The notes below the pieces were generated by a model that saw nothing but the letters and a program-made list of their open reading frames with translations, did not search any database and had not been told where the DNA came from. From Octopus sinensis (lineage: Eukaryota), in NCBI RefSeq assembly GCF_006345805.1, contig NW_021825868.1, positions 1-14,156 of the forward strand: a stretch of DNA of 14,156 bases, read 5' to 3'. A program made the position numbers and the translations under genes. Of this stretch, positions 9,591 to 14,156 are shown piece by piece (position 1 is the stretch's first letter; each line of letters starts with the position of its first letter).

Positions 9591-10042
9591 TGTGTGCAGT
9601 GCTCAGATGCACTACAACTCACCTAAAGTGTATATATAATCAGGTGTAGTTTCGGCGGATTTCGGAAAGCATGAGGGCCTTAAAGGATGCAGTGTCATGG
9701 CAGTCAACGACTGACGCAGGCAGTTTATTCCATGCTTCAGCAACTCTGAGCATGAAAAAATGTTTCCGAAAGTCATGGGAGCTGTGTTGTTTTCTGACTT
9801 TGTAGGCATGTCCACGTGTGTTAGACACATGGAGATCAAAAAGGTGTTCAGTGTTGTTGTTGGTGAGGTGGTTGATAACTTTGTGGGTGTTTACCAAGTC
9901 CGTCGCCAGACGCCGGAGCTTCAGTGAATCCATGCCCAGGGAAACAAGGCGCTCAGAATATGGTAGGTGTCTGATGGAGGGTATGCGTTTGGTTGCACGT
10001 CTCTGGACAGATTCCAGGAGGTCAATGTTCTGAGGTCAATGT
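9557..10042 (-). mobile_element. 5'-truncated CR1-like LINE: ORF2 C-terminus, 3' UTR and (ATT)n tail
   Basis: Uninterrupted minus-strand frame QNIDLLESVQRRATKRIPSIRHLPYSERLVSLGMDSLKLRRLATDL...NTRGHAYKV...RKHFFMLRVAEAWNKLPASVV...* (stop at 9640). These are classic CR1 motifs (LE.VQRRATK, TRGH, R.FF..RV...WN.LP). Probable TSD TCCAATAA at 9549-9556 and 10043-10050. Confidence 0.92.
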
Positions 10043-10458
10043 TCCAATAAAGGAAGCAAGTAAAAGCATTAAAGAATATTACTTCTGAAACATATTTTTC
10101 TAGTATTTCATCTGCGTGTTCATTCAAAATATCCTTTTAAATATACATCATTTCTAAAATATCGTTTTTACGTTGTTTCAGCGTTGTTTAGAAAATTACC
10201 TTTCAAGAACTGTCAAATACCAAAATATCGTTTTTCATTAATTCGTCTCAGTTTTTTCAGAATATAGTTCAAGTATTCCGTCTTAAGGTTTCTTTCAAAT
10301 TTGTTTAAGTATTTATCACCTTCCAAAATATCGTTTTAAATAAATAACGATTAGCAAACTTATATATATCCAAAGATGATGTATATCCAAATATAAAGAA
10401 CGAACATTGTAAACCCAAAATTAAGAACAAGGTGTATAACAGAATATATATATATATC

Positions 10459-10770
10459 CATCCAACCAAAATGCAAATATATGGGAAACTACCACCTGTG
10501 TCATCTCTTGTGAAAGGTAGGAGAGGTAGGAGATTTCAGTTTGCTGGACATTGTTGTAGAGCTGAAAAAGAGGTAATTTCTACTCTTCTCCTCTGGAAGC
10601 CATCTACTCGCAATACCAGAGGGCGCACACTCTCCTACCCTGATGTAATCTCCAGGGATACAGGCATCCAGCAACAGGACCTCGTAATGCCATGATGGAC
10701 CGTGAAGTCTGGCGTAGCATGGTAAATTCCATTGTCTCGACCACGGTCGAATAATGATGAATGATGATGA
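10459..10770 (+). mobile_element. 5'-truncated RTE-like LINE 3' end with (TGA)n tail
   Basis: HPTKMQIYGKLPPVSSLVKGRR[GRR]FQFAGHCCRAEKEVISTLLLWKP...RGRTLSYPDVISRDTG..DL, then after a 1-bp frameshift NAMMDREVWRSMV...* (10754). Matches RTE-type RR..FAGHC.R and DR..WR motifs. Contains a 9-bp internal duplication AGGTAGGAG. Confidence 0.85.
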
Positions 10771-10979
10771 TATATATATATATATATAATATATATATAT
10801 ATATATAATATATATATATATATATTTACCGGATTTACCGCCATTTACCGGATATATGATTTATCCGCCATTTACCGGATATATGATTTATAAACATTCC
10901 ATGTGCTTGGCCGGAGTGAACAGTTGTCTGTTCGTCTTCGCTACATAAGGTTGGTTTATTTATGATGTATTCAGAATCA

Positions 10980-11035
10980 GTTCTGCTGAAGATCATTAGA
11001 CGCAAGTTGTATGTGAAATCACGGTGATACAGAAC
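10980..11035 (+). ncRNA. Type I hammerhead ribozyme, copy 1 (predicted cleavage after A11029)
   Basis: GTTCTG (stem I) CTGAAGA (CUGANGA core) TCATTAGAC-GCAA-GTTGTATGT (stem II, GNRA loop) GAAA TCACGGTGA (stem III) TA (U16.1, H17) CAGAAC (stem I, perfect 6-bp complement). Confidence 0.85.
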
Positions 11036-11455
11036 ATAATTCATTTTTAAATGTCTTGCTTTGAAAAACTGCATTTGGGTATGATTAGTATAATTTTTGG
11101 TAGTAATGACTTTGTCCCTCCTAGTGTGAGGCATTTATGTGTAATAATGCCCTTTATACATATAGATATAATTAATTTGTTCAAAAGAAAAAAAATTATT
11201 TTCGGATTCTTTTCTTTTATGAGTTTTCACGCTAGCTACCCGATAATTTCTTGTTAAGATCCCTTATTAAGAGATTATCCTTAATTGTTAAACTTATTCC
11301 GAAATACTTTTCATTACCCGACATGCAGTTCGTAAAAAGCCCGCCATTTACCGGATATATGATTTATAAACATTCCATGTGCTTGGCCGGAGTGAACAGT
11401 TGTCTGTTCGTCTTCGCTACATAAGGTTGGTTTATTTATGATGTATTCAGAATCA

Positions 11456-11511
11456 GTTCTGCTGAAGATCATTAGACGCAAGTTGTATGTGAAATCACGG
11501 TGATACAGAAC
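11456..11511 (+). ncRNA. Type I hammerhead ribozyme, copy 2 (predicted cleavage after A11505)
   Basis: Identical sequence to copy 1. Confidence 0.85.
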
Positions 11512-11933
11512 ATAATTCATTTTTAAATGTCTTGCTTTGAAAAACTGCATTTGGGTATGATTAGTATAATTTTTGGTAGTAATGACTTTGTCCCTCCTAG
11601 TGTGAGGCATTTATGTGTAATAATGCCCTTTATACAATATAGATATAATTAATTTGTTCAAAAGAAAAAAAATTATTTTCGGATTCTTTTCTTTTATGAG
11701 GTTTTCACGCTAGCTACCCGATAATTTCTTGTTAAGATCCCTTATTAAGAGATTATCCTTAATTGTTAAACTTATTCCGAAATACTTTTCATTACCCGAC
11801 ATGCAGTTCGTAAAAAGCCCGCCATTTACCGGATATATGATTTATAAACATTCCATGTGCTTGGCCGGAGTGAACAGTTGTCTGTTCGTCTTCGCTACAT
11901 AAGGTTGGTTTATTTATGATGTATTCAGAATCA

Positions 11934-11989
11934 GTTCTGCTGAAGATCATTAGACGCAAGTTGTATGTGAAATCACGGTGATACAGAAC
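11934..11989 (+). ncRNA. Type I hammerhead ribozyme, copy 3 (predicted cleavage after A11983)
   Basis: Identical sequence to copy 1. Confidence 0.85.
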
Positions 11990-12250
11990 ATAATTCATTT
12001 TTAATGTCTTGCTTTGAAAAACTGCATTTGGGTATGATTAGTATAATTTTTGGTAGTAATGTCTTTGTCCCTCCTAGTGTGAGGCATTTATGTGTAATAA
12101 TGCCCTTTATACAATATAGATATAATTAATTTGTTCAAAAGAAAAAAAAATTATTTTCGGATTCTTTTCTTTTATGAGGTTTTCACGCTAGCTACCCGAT
12201 AATTTCTTGTTAAGATCCCTTATTAAGAGATTATCCTTAATTGTTAAACT

Positions 12251-12282
<32 letters not shown>

Positions 12283-12345
12283 TGAAGGTAATATAATTTA
12301 ACAAGTAATGAGAAAACCAGATTCTAACAAACATAGTCTCAAAAT

Positions 12346-12924
12346 ATATTGGTTTCGAGTTTTGGTACAAGGTCAGCAATTTCGGGGGAGGGCGTAAATC
12401 GATTACATCGACCTACAGTACTTATCTGGTACTCATTTTATCGACCCCGAAAAGATGAAAGGTAAAGTCGACCTCGCCGGATTTAGAACTTAAAACGTAC
12501 AGACGGACAAAATGCCGTTAAGCATTCTGCTTGCGGTCGAGAAAAATGTTCTTTTCTACTCTAGGTACAAGGCCCGAAATTTTGGGGGAGGAGACTAGTC
12601 GATTAGATCGACCCCAGTACGTAACTGGTACTTAATTTATCGACCCCGTAAGGATGAAAAGCAAAGTTGACCTCGGCGGAATCTGAACACAGAACGTAAA
12701 GTCAGACGAATTACCTACTTCTTTACTACCCACATAGAGGGGACAGACAAACGGATTAAGTTGATTACATCGATCCCAGTGCGTAACTGGTACTTAATTT
12801 ATCGATCCTGAAAGGATGAAAGGCAAAGTTGACCTCGGCGGAATTTGAACTCAGAACGCAACGGCAGACGAAATACGACTACGCATTTCGCCCGGCGTGC
12901 TAACGTTTCTGCCAGCTCAGTCGC
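12346..12924 (-). mobile_element. Cluster of three Meta-type SINE units with three different 3' tails
   Basis: Reverse-complement central domain (CTGGTACT.A.TTTATCGA.CC.G..A.GATGAAA) occurs three times. The head ends GCTAACGTTTCTGCCAGCTC at about 12918. Tails lie at about 12350-12390, 12550-12595 and 12716-12758. Confidence 0.8.
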
Positions 12925-12933
12925 AAAAAAATA

Positions 12934-13064
12934 ATTTTTTCTACTCTAGGCACAAAGCCCGATATTTTGGGGGAGGAGGCCGGTCGATTAGCTCGACCCC
13001 AGTACGCAACTGGTACATAATTTATCGACCTCGAAAGGATGAAAGGCAAAGTCAACCTCGGTGG
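12934..13064 (-). mobile_element. 5'-truncated Meta-type SINE with a 15-bp target-site duplication
   Basis: AGTCGCAAAAAAATA occurs at 12919-12933 and 13065-13079, exactly bracketing the truncated SINE. Confidence 0.85.
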
Positions 13065-13221
13065 AGTCGCAAAAAAATATTGAAAGTACAATATAAGAGA
13101 AGTAAAACCGAAATAAAAAGTCAAAGAATGGAAGAAAAACATCACCTAATATTAAGATAACCAAAGAATGCCATTCGTATGCTGTACGAAGGTTGAAAAA
13201 TGTTCATCTCTGTTAGAAAAA

Positions 13222-13385
13222 CCTGTGAAGATTGGAGAGACAGACAGGTCATTAATATCATTATTCCTTGCTCGATTAACAACCTCTCATCGATCAAATA
13301 CTAAATGTAAACACTTATCCTGGTCAAACTGCATCCTTATATCCCGTGATAGTGTAGCAAGTAGCCATTTTAAAATAATGCGCCA
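13222..13385 (-). mobile_element. Degenerate R4/Dong-like RT fragment (end of RT core)
   Basis: IILKWLLATLSRDIRMQFDQDKCLHLVFDR*EVVNRARNNDINDLSVSPIFTG resembles the FS.DIGM.FG.DKC motif of R4-like RTs. Confidence 0.7.
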
Positions 13386-13723
13386 ATTTCTGGTAGCTGG
13401 CAATATGACGTAATGTCGTATTGCCGAAGAAATATTATTGTCGTTTTTCCATTGGTTAATATAACTGCTCATATAGAGATTATAAAAGTTACTTAAAGAA
13501 TATATGTATGTGATTTCGATTCTTTTAAGTCAAGTTGAGCAGTTATAAAAACTCTGGATTTTTGGAAAAACTTTAGTGTTTGTTGGATGTAACTGAACTC
13601 CACGACACTCACTCCTTTGAGACATTGATGATTTTCATACCATGTCCAAGGAAAATCACAACAATAGCATTGTAACTAACTCTAAGCGTCTTTTACTGCG
13701 ATTGATATAGTGTAGGGAATTGA

Positions 13724-14095
13724 GGAAAGTTTGTTGAGCAGACAGGGAATATGGATATCAAAGCGCTATCTATGTAAACTATCTTCAATAGCAAATGCTA
13801 GAAATATCTCGGAATTGATGAGAATATTGCATACGCTGGTGCTGTGTTTAAAGCTAAGGTGACAAAGCATACTTCAGCAGACTTCGGAAGGTATGAAAGT
13901 CAGAGCTATCTGCATTCAATTAGACCACATCTCATAACGCTTCTTTTAGTGCTAGTGCAAGAATCACCATTTGAAATACTAAACTGGACGCTTAAAGGTA
14001 TCCGTAGTCTGGCCATCAAGACTAGAAAAATACTGATACTGTTGAATTCCACATCAAGAGTGATACTGACAGGACCTATGTTACGGATAGAAGAC
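13724..14095 (+). mobile_element. Degenerate R4/Dong-like RT fragment (YKYLG motif and thumb)
   Basis: Plus strand across stops and frameshifts reads GKFVEQTGNMDIKALSM*TIFNSKC*KYLGIDENIAYAGAVFKAKVTK / YFSRLRKV*KSELSAFN*TTSHNA / FEILNWTLKGIRSLAIKTRKIL / FHIKSDTDRTYV. Confidence 0.85.
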
Positions 14096-14156
14096 GAACC
14101 ATAAGGTCAATGTAAACTACTTCCTCTCTCTCAGATAATATCTACAGAATAGTAAG

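Larger units (their letters stand above)
9088..10078 (+). mobile_element. Old diverged 3' half of a CORE-type SINE, split by two later insertions
   Basis: Pieces 9088-9243, 9518-9556 (GTGCCCCAGTGTGGCCGCAGTCCAAT) and 10051-10078 (AGCAAGTAAAAGCATTAAAGAAT) join into the reverse complement of the 561-780 sequence. Confidence 0.65.
10825..12253 (+). repeat. Near-identical tandem repeat, unit 476-478 bp, about 2.9 copies; retrozyme-like (each unit carries a hammerhead ribozyme)
   Basis: CCGCCATTTACCGGATATATG starts units at 10865, 11341 and 11819, and the third unit is truncated at about 12253. Only a few single-base indels and one substitution were seen between copies. Flanked on both sides by (TA)n. 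Confidence 0.95.

Noticed and set aside
10835-11998. Repeated 98-99 aa minus-strand ORF in the tandem units as a small protein gene
   Set aside because: No recognisable domain, no GIY-YIG or RT motif, and it is frameshifted in the third unit. The unit is better explained as a + strand ribozyme RNA.

Overview
AT-rich eukaryotic non-coding DNA (probably intronic or intergenic), most likely from an octopus/cephalopod, judging from the SINE families and the very dense (TA)n, (TACA)n, (ATA/ATG)n and (CTT)n microsatellites. No intact protein-coding gene is supported, and most ORFs in the track are microsatellite artefacts. The window is a patchwork of mobile-element pieces: tRNA-derived CORE-type and Meta-type SINEs (several in tandem arrays), degenerate R4/Dong-like RLE LINE fragments, 3' ends of a CR1-like and an RTE-like LINE, a hAT MITE with an 8-bp TSD, and two Penelope pLTR-like fragments carrying a variant minimal hammerhead. 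The standout is a very young, about 2.9-copy tandem array of a 476-478 bp non-coding unit (10825-12253) inserted in (TA)n. Every unit carries a complete type I hammerhead ribozyme fold on the + strand, making it a candidate cephalopod non-LTR retrozyme able to release ~477-nt monomer or circular RNAs. One 48-nt candidate host exon is noted at 2021-2068.
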